A stretch of DNA of 64,000 bases, taken from positions 41,354,001 to 41,418,000 of the forward strand of contig CM060733.1 in assembly GCA_030704615.1 (NCBI GenBank), in the 5' to 3' direction. The stretch is from Takakia lepidozioides. Taxonomy: Eukaryota > Plantae > Bryophyta. A program made the translations under genes and the position numbers. Positions 1-13,268 of the stretch are shown piece after piece (position 1 is the first letter of the stretch; each line of letters opens with the position of its first letter). The notes beneath the pieces are model-generated. The model saw only the letters and a program-made list of their open reading frames with translations. It made no database searches and was not told where the DNA came from.

Positions 1-424
1 ATTTTTTCACCCGTCTTGGTGGCCGGGGTGTGCTCAACTGAGCATCCGGCTCAGCAACACCTCCCGAATAGGAGAGCTGTCTAAGCCGGCCCCTGGCGCA
101 TCCAAGATGTGGACAAGAGGGGGGGTACTGGCCTCGGGGGGCAGACGATCCCTCCGGCTGCGGCTGTCGACGGGGCTGGTTAACCGTGAGACCCCTGGCG
201 CGTCACACGTGCCGGCAGAGCAAACGGATTGTCCGCCCCTTTCTTTGGGCAGGGGCTTCTTCTCTTTCCCCACAAGCTAGCACCTGTCATGCAAACCCAC
301 AAATTGGGCCTCATTAGGAACAACCTCTACATTCCAGATCCAAAACAAAAAAACCAAGCATGTCGGGGCTGAGAGCAGCAATTGCTCGGGTCTCGAGAGG
401 GGGCAACAAAGAGCAAGAAAAAGG

Positions 425-505
425 TGGGGGGGGGGGGGGGGAGTGACTGAGCACCACCAACAGCTGCTGAGCACCACGGGCTCAGTCACTCCCCCCCCCC
501 CCCCA
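425..505. repeat. Short inverted repeat: G16-AGTGACTGAGC ... GCTCAGTCACT-C14
   Basis: 442-452 is the reverse complement of 480-490, flanked by a G-run (426-441) and a C-run (491-504); 27-nt loop. Confidence 0.8.
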
Positions 506-599
506 TTTTCTTTTTTTTTGGTTTCCTGATCTCTCCCTCTCTCCTTCCCTCTCCCTCTGTACAAGGAATTTGCTTATATTTTTTCCAAAACCCAGGACG

Positions 600-3500
600 G
601 CTTGGACTAATTTTGTCTAAACCTTTTTTAATCCACAATGGATGTAATCATGAAAATGGAGGAATTCCATTAACGCAATTTCTCTGATTACCTACTGGGT
701 TCTTTGGATGAGTTTGGTCATGAAAACTAAACCCTAATGAAAGCAAGACTCTACTTTTGGATGCCATCACTATTGGATGACATCATGATGGAATCAGGGA
801 AATACTTTACATTATCTGTTTTTCATCTATTCTGGATGAAATCGCGAAGGTTTGCCCTATCTCTTCCTCCGCCCTTAAACTCTGCACGATAATCGTGCGT
901 TTTGATATGATGGAGCTGAGAGATGGTGTCAGAGGGATCATTTAAGCACAAATCTTGTGAATTTGATGGCTATGGAGAAGCTTTATGACAGCCTGCAAGT
1001 GCCCTTGCAAGATTCCAGTACTTTTCAATTCCCCTTGGGGTATGCAAAGGCGGCTGAGCTTCAATTCCCTCAATGAGGTTTGTCTCTTCCTGTGGCGGGC
1101 AACTTACTTTAAGCTGTGACTGCTTGCCGATCCGTTCAATGATCATTAAGAGCCAGCGCCGCTCTTAAACTATCAGGAAGTCCCTTCACCTGATAAAATG
1201 CTCGTAGATTTCAGCAACCATTGCTTGTTTGTGCTGTCGATTATCGAGTTCTTGGAGCTATGTCGAATCCTCTTCCACAAACACTTAAGGTTGTGGAATA
1301 TTTTGCTTTGCTTTGATCTCTTCTTTGCTTTTTTTGACGCAGTTGTACAGCGATAACAAGCGTGAGGCCTGATATTCACCTGGGGTTCCACCTCTTCACT
1401 AACTTCAATTGTTTTTTGACTGCATGTGATGGACCAGGTGAGGGCCTCACTTAATATGATTCATGAAGCTTGCAATTGATTGAAAACTAGCAGCTGAAGT
1501 GAAGTCGACTCAAGCTGTTTCTTCAGGGAGCTGATTCGAATCTGCCCCCATTTCTTGATCTTTCTGGCTATGCTTCCAACTCTTCTTGTTGAGCATTAAT
1601 ACATTAGATGAGCTTTATTAGAACACATACTTTCTATTAAAGACTATTGCCTTTGATTTCTGCTACACTACGTGATGGTGCTGGATTTTGCTGTTTTTTA
1701 CAGCACAGCATGAGCTTTTATTTCGGTTATAGTACTGGTATGATGTTTGGCTTGAATGATATCTAAGTAAGAGGACATAGGGAACCACAATCTTTTGTTT
1801 TTTAGGCCTGTATGCTGCCTGATGCAGACCATCTGGGTTCCTGTCCTTCTCTACTTGTTTTGTGACCTTGCAAGTACCCTGCTAGAGCAGATACAGATTG
1901 CCCCAAGACCTAAAACGGGCTCTGGGATAAGACTGGCTTTACTACTAGGCATATACCATGACATTTTTTTCTGGATTTCTATATAGTCTGTGATTATCGT
2001 AATCACTTTCTGCTCAACCCCTTTTGAATCCATTTATACACACTGGCCCCAGATTGAAACTAGGTCTTGGGACAAAAAACAAGATGGGTGGACATTCCCT
2101 TTATGTGTAAATAGTTTTGAAGCTGTTACTGATCTAATCTGACCATTATGGGTATATGAAAACTGGAATTCTTCTCCAGTTTTTTAATGGGAACATGGGT
2201 GGTAAACTTAGCAAGTTAAACATAATTTTCCTGCTATGAAATGTTTCTAATATTCCGTATGAGCATACCCCTTGATTGGGTCCCTGTTTGTCTGAAACGG
2301 ATGTTTATAGATCCCACCCCCCCCCTCCCAGAGATTTCATGAACTGTGAGATCTGTTATAATGTCATCATACTGGTTTATGAATGAAGAGTGATTGATAG
2401 TCTCTCGTTATGAGGCTGATTTGTCATACAAATTGTTTGGTCTTGTCCATGTCTCGACAAGACATTTTATCTTCCCTCTCCCTCTAAACTCTTTGGATTT
2501 CATCTGGCCTTAACCTTTTTGATGCTGGTTATTTGGTTTTTCATCCTAATCTCCTTTCTCATCCAAATCTGGATGAAATTATTAGGATGATGACCCTTAC
2601 TGTGCAAAAATCTTGGTTTATCATTTGTTTTCTCTTTTTTCATCCAAATTGGTTGAATTCCATGAATGATGGTGACCTATTTTAATCCAGGAGATAGTAA
2701 TTTTACCATCATTTATTATAAATGATGGCAGTTATTAAACTTGAGCCTATACCCTAACCCTAAAAATTACCTTTTTAATGGATGTCATCCATTGACATGT
2801 GCATCTCCTGCTAGAATGCGACTTTTCATCCCCCCTGGATGAGAAATCGAGGATCTGTGCCCTAAGCAGGTCGACACCTTTCACAGCACAGAACTCGTGC
2901 TTCAGGGATCTTTGATGATGCGCCGTGTAAATCTGCTCCCCAGCTGCTGCATGGTACCTGTGATGGCTGGCTCTTGGGATGCGCATTGGTGGATTATGCA
3001 GATTCTTCTCTGGCAGGTGACAAAGTGATGATTGCTTTGCTCAGACCCTCATGGTTCTTTTTAATTGCAGCGGCGCTTTTACTCCTCGTTGGGAAGTAAT
3101 CTACCCCTATTTATCTACAGATTACATATGGCTCTTTCATTTTGTATGAGCTCTTCTCTATCTGTGAACCCTTCTACTTTGATTGCGTTCTGTTGGAGAC
3201 AATCTGTTGGACGCCATGGCGCAGGGCATACCGCAAACACTCAAGGTCTTTTGAGGTTACCCTTGCTTGAATTGTGATCTGTACATGCTTTAGAATTCAG
3301 CACTGACATGAATAGCAACTGTGAAGACCTGCCACTCACCTGATGCATCCTCACTAACACCATCTTTATGTGTGGGGTTTTTGGGATGGGCACAGGTGAG
3401 GGTCTTCACTTGTCTTGAATTCTTGAAGCTTGCAGAGTAGGGATTGCTGCTACCGCTTGAAGATGTTGATGCCAGTTGTTGTTTCAAATCTGCTACCTTG

Positions 3501-5160
3501 CTGCCTCCAAACGGCTTCAAGTCTGCTCTAATGAGGATCGCCTTCTTACTCCTTACCCTTGTTTTTTGGTTCTTGATGACCACTTCTACATGTTTTGGAG
3601 TTAAGACACACAAGGGACTTCATAGAAAACAAAATCTCTACTGAAGGCTCTGGCTATTTTCAACAAAGGTATAGGGTTGCAGCTATAACTATGGCTGAAT
3701 GGAAACTAGGCTCTGAAATGAAACATCATGGCCTGGCTTTGATGGATCAGAAGATAGACCTTGTCTAATAACAAACATTCTTCAAGGCTCTCATATCACT
3801 GTGATTTCATTGCATGATAGGGGACAGGGGTTTCTGAGTTACTTTCTTTAACTGGCAGAGCTTTTTATATGAGGCCCGGGAATACCACTCCAGGCCCATA
3901 TCTGCTGAGGGTACTCAGCCCTGTTGTTTATGTTGTTAGAGTCTTGCCTATGACTTGGCACTGAAGCACCTTCAGACCTGGTCCCATCATAATTTTGATT
4001 TTCAAGACCTGCTTGCTGGTAGTTTGTGTGCTTCTTACCTTCTACCTTCTCACCCCTGGCATGTTTTGATCATGAAGTCCTGGAATTCCATTCCAGACCT
4101 GCAGCTCCTTACAGAGACTCAAATAAGCCATGTCATTGCATGTAATGCTTGCTCATATGTTTGCAGTGCTATGATATCTTCAAGCTGGCTGTTTTTTTAG
4201 GAAGGTGACTTCTTCAAAATTTGGATTCTAAAACAGTAACCTTTATGGTCCAGCAAGTAGCCTAGCATGGCAGTTTTAAATACTTCTTCATGGCCTAAAC
4301 CTGGTCATGATACACCTTGCTAGGTGTAGAGATTATTCTTACTTAGATAAAACAAGCAAGAATGACACTTGTTGTCTTGAAGGGCTTGGTTTTGGAGATT
4401 ATCTCCAGACCTGCAATCTGATTTCTGAAATGAAGGTAGAATCTGCAAGTATAAGGGTGATTTTTTTTTTATCAACCATGGTGCTTTCATGATATGATTG
4501 ACCTGGAATTTTGTGTTTACTTTTTTTTTTTTACCTTGGCAGAGCTATTTATGAGGCCCTGGAATACCAATCCAGGCCTGTATATGCCTGAAAAAACTCA
4601 GCCCCGTTTCTACTTTATGAATCTTGCATATGTCTTGGCACTGATAGATCAATTTCAAGCCAATACAGGTTGCCTTTTTAGGAAGATGAATGGCTCAAGA
4701 ACTGGAGTATGTAAAGCTTGACACATGTCAACAAAAAATTAGGAATCATTATGTCAAGAGGCAAATGCTTAAGACATGTAGGGCTTGCTGTTTCAATTGC
4801 AATTTAAAGTACTATGTGTTTGGCTCTCGAGATTTATCTCCAGACCTGCAATCTGGTTTTTGGAAATGATGTTACAATCGGCAAGTATGGTGGTGATCCT
4901 TGTATGTCAAACTATGGCGCTTTTCATATATGATTGACCAGAATCCACCCTCCCACCTTGTTTTTTCAGATACCCTGAACTGTAATGGGATATTCAAATG
5001 AGATGGTAAACATGGAAGTGGTTGTTAGATGGTGCCCTATCAAGGGCTGCTTTGTCTTTCAATGACAATGACCTTAGTGGTCTTGTCCATGTCTTGACAT
5101 GACATGTATATCTTCCCTCTCTTTATTTGATCAGTGTACTTAGTGATATTTGTACACACC
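600..5160. repeat. Degenerate patchwork repeat region with local duplications and TTCATCC/GGATGA motif clusters
   Basis: Related block pairs at ~2310-2480/~4940-5120, ~3853-3960/~4537-4645 and ~4394-4505/~4828-4940; no credible ORF. Confidence 0.5.
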
Positions 5161-5167
5161 ATCTACC

Positions 5168-7789
5168 TGTAGTGTGAAAAGAAGGGGGCATAAATCCCCT
5201 TCTGTGTAATTCTAACTGGTACTTCTTCGTCAGTAAAAAGAACAACCTAGCAATCTACCAGCGGCACACGGTTATGGGTTTCCCTCCTATCGTTCATGAT
5301 GAATTTCATAAATCCTCATCCACGCGCAGCGGAAGAGAAAACATGGATGGGGATAATCCTTCTTGTTCATGATTTACACAATCTTTATACAATCGCAGCA
5401 CCAATGGTGCTGCTGTGATATTTTCAGTGATACAACCAGCCCTATGACGGAGCTAAATGCGACCCATGTGGGCATCACCCTTGAGCAACACACGTCGAAA
5501 CCCCTTTTGTAATGAGATCACTGATAAGAGGAAGGCAACTCAGATCTACCATGAATTACAAGCTTAGTGATTCTCTGCAGATGTCATGGTTTTTCCTCTA
5601 TCTCCCAGTTGACCATCCCTCATTACCACCCCTTTACTGAGCAGCTCCCCTCCTTTCCAAACCTTTTCTCTCTCCTTCCTGCTTGTAAATTCCTCATTTT
5701 CTTCCAACTAGCAGCCTATCTACATGCAATGCAAACACATTCAGCTATATATCCAGTGAATCCAGCCTTGGAATCAAACCTTGGTCACACAAGACATGAT
5801 CAGCTCTTCCATCAGTCTTTCTCTCACCCAAAACGACCCTTCACACTGTTTGCCTCCAGGGACAACCCAATTTGTCAGTCAGTTCCCAACCCTTCTACAG
5901 ATCTGCATCTAAACACCCCAACAACTCACTTTTGCCCTTTCAGATTTGAACCACAGAGTTCAAATCCTGAGTCCACTCTGAACCATTTAAACTCCACATC
6001 AGCCCCATCCACCTCTCCTCTTTCTGATTTCAAAGAGGTTACACAGCTACCCTCACTAGTGCTCACATCAACTACATTGGATTGCATTACAATCTAATCA
6101 TCAAAATCCAGAGCCGCATTGTATGCAGATTCATGATACTGAAGCCAAAGGAGCAAAACAAAACAACAGCAAGCATTCTGTCACTGTGGGTGAACTATAT
6201 CTGCCCTCACTCAACACTCCTACAGACATGTGCATCAGATCCATTCATCTCCACCCCATCCTGGTTTGAAGTCCAGAGTCCCCATTCCATTTCTCAAAGT
6301 CTTTTTCCTGTCCTCATCACGCTCTTTGTTGAGAGTTTTCTACCAAAATTTCCACAACACGATTCCCAGTGCCAAAAAGAAGAAGCCTGGTATCTACGAA
6401 CTTATCTGTCTTATACTCCAGGTGAAGCGGTGGGTCTACCTGCCCAAAATGGCACCTCCCCATCTCCATCAGCAGCTACCTTAACTCTCTTGTCGTCTGG
6501 ATTTGACGATTCCAGCGTTCATTACGTCATGACGGCCCTGCTTCAGCCTATGGCAACACCCCTATAGCTTGCCAACTAACTACCCTATCTCACTATCTAA
6601 GCAAATCTACCCTAAAGATCTGATATGATCTTATAACAAGAAGACAGTGATCATCTGAAAGCTTTTTGCATCTGTACATTCCTCTACTCCTTACCTCCTT
6701 ATTTACAGATAACCTGAGTCACCATCCACAAGCCAATCCCTCATTCGCTCTGGCAGATGCTCGTTATGTCGAGCTGCTCTTCATCCTGACTCTCCATTGA
6801 TTGTGCCAGCAACCCACCTCCCTGTTTTCTGGCAGCTGGCCGTTTCCCTTGCATGCTCATCCTCCCATGATCATGTTCATCAAGGCAATGGCGGCTCTGG
6901 TGGTTTGCACAAGATTCGTGACAGCACCGCCTCCCTTCACCTGGCTTGAGCACAACTCTTCCAAGCTGTTCCCTGCACGATTATCCTCCAGCAAGCCCTA
7001 AGCTACCCATTCACCATAGCAGCGACTGCACCACCTGTTACTGATTGCTCCAATCGCATGCCACACCGATCTCCCTGTAAGCATATCCTCCAGAAATTGA
7101 TCATTACAAGAAATGGGCGGCCACCGCTTCCCCTGCTGCACAGATTACCAAGTTGTGCCCTTATACTCTACATTAACGCTTCTCTTAATGCAAGCCAGAA
7201 TGCCCCAGTGTAGATGCAATCGCCCTTGACACAATGCCCTGCCAATTCCACTGTTCGCAGCATCTGCTCAGAGCGCCCATCATCTTCCCTTCGTCTTCTT
7301 CCTCGTCCCGCGTTTCTAGGGTAATCACCAGTGATGAAAGTCATCCACTTTCACGAACGGAAAACGTGCTAGGTTTCATTAACAGAGTTAATTACAAATT
7401 CATTGCCTCCTTGGCACTGGATCCTTCGTCCTCGTTCCTAGGAGTCATCCAGAGAGCATGGATGTAATCCATTCATCCTCCGGATGAAAATACGTCTGGT
7501 CACAACTTAGCCATTTCATCCTGGCAAAGTACTCATAGTGTGCCCATGAAATAACCTGTAGGCAGGGATGAATTCCGCCCATAGCATGTATGAAATAAAT
7601 TGAGCATCTTCATCCTGGCCAATAGTCCCCAATCGTTCCCATGATGTAACCAAGAAACATGTATGGAATAAATTGCAGGGACAACTCAACCTATTTTCAC
7701 ATTGGTACCAAGGCCCTTCCTTTGTAGCAATGCAGAATCTCAGTGGGTAAAACAAAAATTTAATGTCACTCCCCTGCATTCACACTACA
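5168..7789 (-). repeat. Gypsy-1 3' LTR (~2.6 kb, TG...CA, 11-bp terminal inverted repeat)
   Basis: TGTAGTGTGAA at 5168-5178 and TTCACACTACA at 7779-7789. Only 5177-5717 can be confirmed against the other LTR. Confidence 0.65.
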
Positions 7790-7800
7790 TATGTAGTGTG

Positions 7801-7811
7801 TCTCCCCTTTT
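7801..7811 (-). promoter_or_regulatory. Gypsy-1 polypurine tract AAAAGGGGAGA
   Basis: Purine run on the minus strand overlapping the integrase stop codon, 11 nt from the inferred LTR start. Confidence 0.7.
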
Positions 7812-9212
7812 AAGTGTCAGGGTCCTCACTGACCACCTCCACTGGCTGAACACCTACTGGAGGTATAAAAGGTTTCAGGTCCCGCCTACTTCTTACCCAT
7901 TCCTTGTTTGCCCCATCTCTCAGCCTGCATCTGCGTGCAGCTTCCCCTGTCTTTGTGGTGCTTCCTGCATCCTTGTACCCCAAAAAGTCATAGGGTCCCT
8001 CCCGTGGGGATGTCATAGAAGACCTCTTTCCAGGCCTCAACATCATCACCTTGTTGTTTTCCACTAGCCTGCAGTAGCTATGCCCTGCTCGATGCCTCCT
8101 TTCATAATCCTTTGCTTGCTGACGCTGCCCTTTCTTCACACTTTTCCGCAGCTTAGCCTTCATCTCTGTGAGGAGCTGGATTTTCTGCTGCATCATAAGT
8201 GTAACCTCTGCAACAGATCCATCAAAATTTACTGCTGCTGTAAGATAGTGCAACCTGTTGTCGATCCCCAGCCTTGGAATTCTACTAGTCAGCACATGAT
8301 AAGGTGAGAATCTTGTTGAAGCCTGAACCCCCATTCTGTAACCAAACAAGGCTTTGTAGAGATTCTGATCCCACTCAATGTCGTTTCCAACTCCCAAGGT
8401 GGTGATGCTCTGTTTGAGGGACTTAATCACCCTCTCCACCATACCATTACACTGAGGCCAGTACGGAGCATTTGCTCCCTTTTTATACCATATTCGCGGC
8501 ATGTATCTTCAAACTCCCCTCCCCACTCCGTGCCATTGTCAGTGAGCAATGTGTGTGGGCAGCTATACCTGTCTATCACTTCCTCCACCAGAAAGCGGGC
8601 AGTAAGAGCTGCTGTATGATCTGCCACTGGTGCAGCTTCTATCCACTTTGAAAAGTGATCTATCGCTACCAGAAAGTACTGATTGCCCCTGTTGGTTATA
8701 GGTAATGGCCCTGCGGTGTCAATTGCAACTCTGAAAAACAGATCCACTACTGGAATGTTGTGAAGTCTTGAGCTACCTGAGCGCAACACTCCGTTCTGTT
8801 TAGTCATCTGACATGCGCCACAGCTTTTGAGTACTTGCCTGATGAGCTTCGTTCTGTCATGCCAGAAATATCGCCGACATATCTCCTCTTGTGTTCTCCG
8901 GATTCCAAAGTGACCAATGGCCTTATGCACTTCCTTGATTATTGCCTCTCTGTCCTTTCTTGGTGGAACTACCCTTCCCTTAAAGTAGACTTCCCCTTTG
9001 AGATAGGAGTATTGCCTTGCTCGCCTGCTGGCTCTCTTGCTCTCCGCCTTTGTCAGATAGTCATTGACTTCTCCAAAACATAAAACATGCATAACTTCCA
9101 CATCCTCAAGTACATCAGGCTGCCTTTCCTCCCTACCAGCTACTGTCCCGTGATTGTCAGAGCTCATGAGAGACTCTTCCCCCCATCTTTCAGCTGCATG
9201 TAATAGTGACAT
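7810..9212 (-). pseudogene. Gypsy-1 integrase (frameshifted near 8460)
   Basis: HHCC zinc finger (EVHKAIGHFG...CGAC), core VAIDTAGP, LTDNGTEW and NGMVER, C-terminal GPY motif, split over ORFs 8427-9212 and 7810-8502. Confidence 0.92.
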
Positions 9213-9410
9213 CTGAATAGCTTTGGTGGGTGTGCTCCATGGCAGCCAGTCCCCTTTAATGTCTTTATCGCAAGGAAAGGTTCTTGCCCTGAACGATGTG
9301 ATCCATCACTGCCTGAAGAATAAAATATCTTGGTGGAACACTCACCCCTCATGTGGCCTCCAGCTGGGCATCCTGATGAGGAGGTCACCTGAATCCTTCC
9401 TGTTGTTTCT

Positions 9411-11520
9411 TCACTTGTAGAGTGTTGAAGGGATGGGTGTTTCTTCAGAGCTGCCCTCTTCATTGTTTGATCGTTCTTCCTCAAGTACACAGGCTGGCTG
9501 CACCTTGACTAGCTCCTGATCTCGAGCATGAGCTCCTCGTGTAACCACATGGATGGTAGGACAGGAGAACACCAGATCTTCCCCTTTCTTGTTGCTGATT
9601 GCAGGAACATCCTTCCTTCCTGCACCCACATCCTTCCAAATACCTTCCCCTACCAGATTGACAGAGGCTGATTGGTTAATGCCCCTTCCTTGGGTCTTGG
9701 CTGCAAAAGTCACCTTCTTTCCTTCCCTATCTGGCATCACACCTGGTTTTAGTTCTCCTTTCAATATACCATGAGCCTTGGTCAACACACCACCTATGGA
9801 AGATCTACCTATTCCAGGGACGAACTCAAATGAAAAGTCACTAAGCAAGTCTATGCCAATGTGGTGTTCTGAGTACAGCCACCAATATGGGTCCAGATCT
9901 GTTTCTAAAGAAAAATGACTTCCCAACAGTGTCTCCTTGAAATGCCAAAGACCCCATACACATGCATAGTACTCTTCTCTCTTGCAAATCATTTCCCCTC
10001 TCTCACTGCTATACCCTACTTGCCTATGAGCCTCTTCTCTCAACTCTTCTTTACCCTCTTTATATTGAAATAGAGAAGCATTGATGGCACCCCTGTCCCA
10101 CTCTAGTTTAAGAAGATAGGCTCCATCCCTCTTTCTCCCCTCCCTTTTTTGACTGTATAGAGAAGTAGAGTATACCTCGAGCTCCTCGGTTTCCTCCGCT
10201 GGTCCCACTGGATACCTGCTTAGCGCATCTACGTTAGCATGCCTAGCACCCGCCCTATGAACAATCTTAAACTCAAAATCTTGTAACATCATGATCCATC
10301 TACCCCTGCGTCCATATGCGTCACTTACCGTTGCCAACCACTCCGGTGGTTTGTGATCAATTCTGATTATAAAAGGGGTTCCATACAGGTACTGCCTAAA
10401 GTGTAATACTCCCCACACCAAGGCATAGCATTCACCCTCCATAGGGTGATACTTACGCTGAGCATCAGATAGTACCTTACTAGCATATGCAATGACCCTC
10501 TACTTTTTATACTCCTTTTGTGACAATACTGCCCCCACCCCTTTGATGGACCAGTCAACATTCAAGACGAAAGGCCTTGAGAAATCTGGCCTGGCCAAAA
10601 TAGGTGCAGTCACCAGCTTCACCTGTAGGGCAAGAAACCTCTGCACTCCAGCTAAACTTCACATCCTTCTTAGTTAGAGTGAGCAAAGGCACTGCCACTC
10701 CAGCATATCCCTTGACATAGGGCCTATAGTACCCTGTCATCCCCAAATAACTTTTGACAGCAGTGTAGTTCTTGGGCAAGGGAAACCTTTCAATTGCAGC
10801 TATCTTATCTGGATCAGGCCAAGTTCCTTCTTCAGAGACCACATGCCCAAGGAACACCAACTACAAGTTGGCAAAGTAACACTTGTCCGGATTGAGCCTA
10901 AGATTGGCCCTTCTAAGCTTCTTCAACGCTCTCTTTATGTGCCCCATGTGATCTGCCCAGTCCTTGCTATGGATGTTGACGTCATCTACAAAGACCTTGG
11001 CACAATCTTTAATCTCTTCTTTAAGCACCCTGTTCATTGCCCTCTGAAAAGTAGCAGTGGCATTTTTTAGCCCAAATGGCATGACTAGCCATTCATACAA
11101 TCCTTTCTTTGTAATCACTGCTATTTTGCTTATGTCTTGGTCATCCATTTTGATCTGCCAAAAACCAGATTGCAGATCCAGTGCAAAAAACCACTTGGCT
11201 TTCCCCAACTGGTTCAAAACAACCTGAATCAATGGCATAGGGTAAGAGTCCCTCCTAGTCAAGCGGTTCACTGGCCTAAAATCACCACAAAAACGCTTGG
11301 ATCCATCCTTCTTGGGTGGAAGGGTAACTGGACATGACCATTCTGAACTACTTTCCCTCATCTTACCTTGTGAGATTAAAGTCTCAATCTGTCCTTGTAC
11401 TTCATTTTCCTCCCACTCTGATAGGCGGCTGGGTCGACTTCTGCAAGGTGGAAAGCCTTGTGTATCAATAGTATGTTCCACCTCACTGCAATAACCCAAG
11501 TCAGCCTTTCTAAGAGCAAA
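9411..11520 (-). pseudogene. Gypsy-1 reverse transcriptase and RNase H, followed by a second degenerate RNase H-like copy
   Basis: LDLQSGFWQI, MPFGLKNA, FVDD, FLGHVVS; RNase H motifs EGECYALVW, DHKP, NVDALSR; internal stop and frameshift. Confidence 0.92.
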
Positions 11521-11999
11521 ACACTCCTGATTTTCTCTCAGCTCTTGCTCCAATTCCATCCTATGTTCCTGGGCTAGCTCTGGATTGATGTGAAGTCTGG
11601 ATTTCCGATTTCTCCAGCGACTCTCCATTTTTTCTTCATGGCTAGGATCCCAACTCTTTCCCTCCACCTTGTGCACGGACTTAGCTACCCTCTGCCCTTC
11701 TTCCTGTGTCACAATCTGATTCCAATCATGGAAATCATCCTCTATTTCCACGTTGTTGTTCCCTAGTTCGCCATTCCAAGCTTTCTTGTAAGCTTCTTGT
11801 ATGATAGAGGCAGCCATGCTACGATGGGTCTCTTCCTGAAGTAGTTCAGACGTCCCTTGGTTCCTTGGAAGCCTGACTTCATTGATACTGTTTTGTGACA
11901 TCAGATCTGTCATTTCTGCGAGTATATCATCCTCATCATCATAGAACACGTCTACAAAGTTAGTTCCAGAAGCTCTCATCATAGTCTGGTCGAGTTTTC

Positions 12000-12817
12000 T
12001 ACTGCACTCATTCTCAGTATGCCCTAGTACCTTGCAAAAGTTGCACACCACACATTTCCGTGGAATGCCCAAACCGGTGACATTTGTCACACTTAGCTTG
12101 GGTTCTTCCTTCAGGACAATATGCAGCTATGTGACCCTCTTTATGACAAGTGTTACAAAGGCGAACACGAGGTGGTGTCCTAGATCCCGAGCTTTCTCCT
12201 ATGACTGGTCCCCTATCGAAGTACTTCTGTAGGGTAGTGTTTAGCTGATCAAGTCTTCTGTCCACAGGGTTGACAAACACAACTGACTCATCTGTATCAT
12301 CTCCTCCCAAGGGCTCTAGAGGTATTTCCCCCAATTTTCCCAGGCCCCTCTCAATCTCAATGGCTGTTTCAAGTGCTTCCTCTACATCAGAGAAGCGCCT
12401 GCCCAACATTACTCTTGCTATTTCTGGTCTCAAACCTGCTGCAAATCTACGCCTCTGTTCCAAATCAGACGCCCCACTTCTTATAAACAGCCGGTTCAAC
12501 CTATCAAAGTATGTCTGAACCCTCTGTCTACTTTCCTGTTTGATGGTATCTATCCTTAGCCTGATTTATGCCAAGTCAATGACACCAAACTTGGCTGATA
12601 TGGCTGCCCTGAAATCCTCCCTGTTGTCTGGTCTAGGGTTTTGTTTACGGTACCATTCATCAGTCTTGGCTCTTAGGTTGAGCCTTGCTACCTTGAAGGT
12701 TTTATCCTCATTTAAATCCCTGATATCTGCCTCCATCTGAATCCTCTCTAACCAGTCATTCACATCTTCACTACTCCTACCATGGTAAGGTACATCTATG
12801 CTAGTTGGACTGGTCAT
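12000..12817 (-). pseudogene. Gypsy-1 gag with three CCHC zinc knuckles
   Basis: Retrotrans_gag-like YHGRSSEDVNDWL...; knuckles CNTCHKEGHIAAYC, CDKCHRFGHSTEMC and CNFCKVLGHTENEC; frameshifts. Confidence 0.85.
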
Positions 12818-12928
12818 TCTTCTACACTCTAGTCTGAGTTCAAAGCTGGTTTAACACCTAATCTGATCTTAAATTTTCCTGCAACACCCCTAATGCTGAC
12901 CTCTATACCACTCCCACTGTCCATTTCT

Positions 12929-13219
12929 CTACATTTCTACTCTACCTCCCCATGTCACCTCTCGTGCCATGGTGTTTATCTTCTCCCACCTTCCTAACTC
13001 TCTTATCCAAAGCACAATGGTTGTTCTACCTTCAGCATGTATCACCCTAAGACATAAATCACCATCAGCTATTCTCCAAGCAGGGTTGAAGAAGTACAAA
13101 CGAGGCTCTGAATAGGCATTTGCTGAGCGTCGGCTAAAGCAAATCAGCACATCTCCAATGCTTGGTTCATCAGGAATCAGTGTGTGGTCTCTGCCTGCCA
13201 TCAAACCAGCCAATCCCAA
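12929..13219 (-). CDS. Short ORF between the PBS and gag of Gypsy-1, unknown function
   Basis: 96-aa ORF in element sense; no recognised motif. Confidence 0.25.
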   Translation of the reverse strand: MGLAGLMAGRDHTLIPDEPSIGDVLICFSRRSANAYSEPRLYFFNPAWRIADGDLCLRVIHAEGRTTIVLWIRELGRWEKINTMAREVTWGGRVEM

Positions 13220-13256
13220 TCAAGATCCCTAGCTAATAGTTTCAAGATTCAGCGCA

Positions 13257-13268
13257 GTTCTGATACCA
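13257..13268 (-). promoter_or_regulatory. Gypsy-1 primer-binding site (tRNA-iMet type)
   Basis: Minus strand reads TGGTATCAGAAC versus the canonical TGGTATCAGAGC. Confidence 0.85.

Noticed and set aside
1173-3613. Possible exons of a minus-strand gene (1173-1391, 3290-3613)
   Set aside because: No recognisable domain or consistent splice chain; embedded in degenerate repeats.
5567-6567. 176-aa and 161-aa plus-strand ORFs
   Set aside because: Antisense to the element, inside the inferred LTR, with low-information composition.
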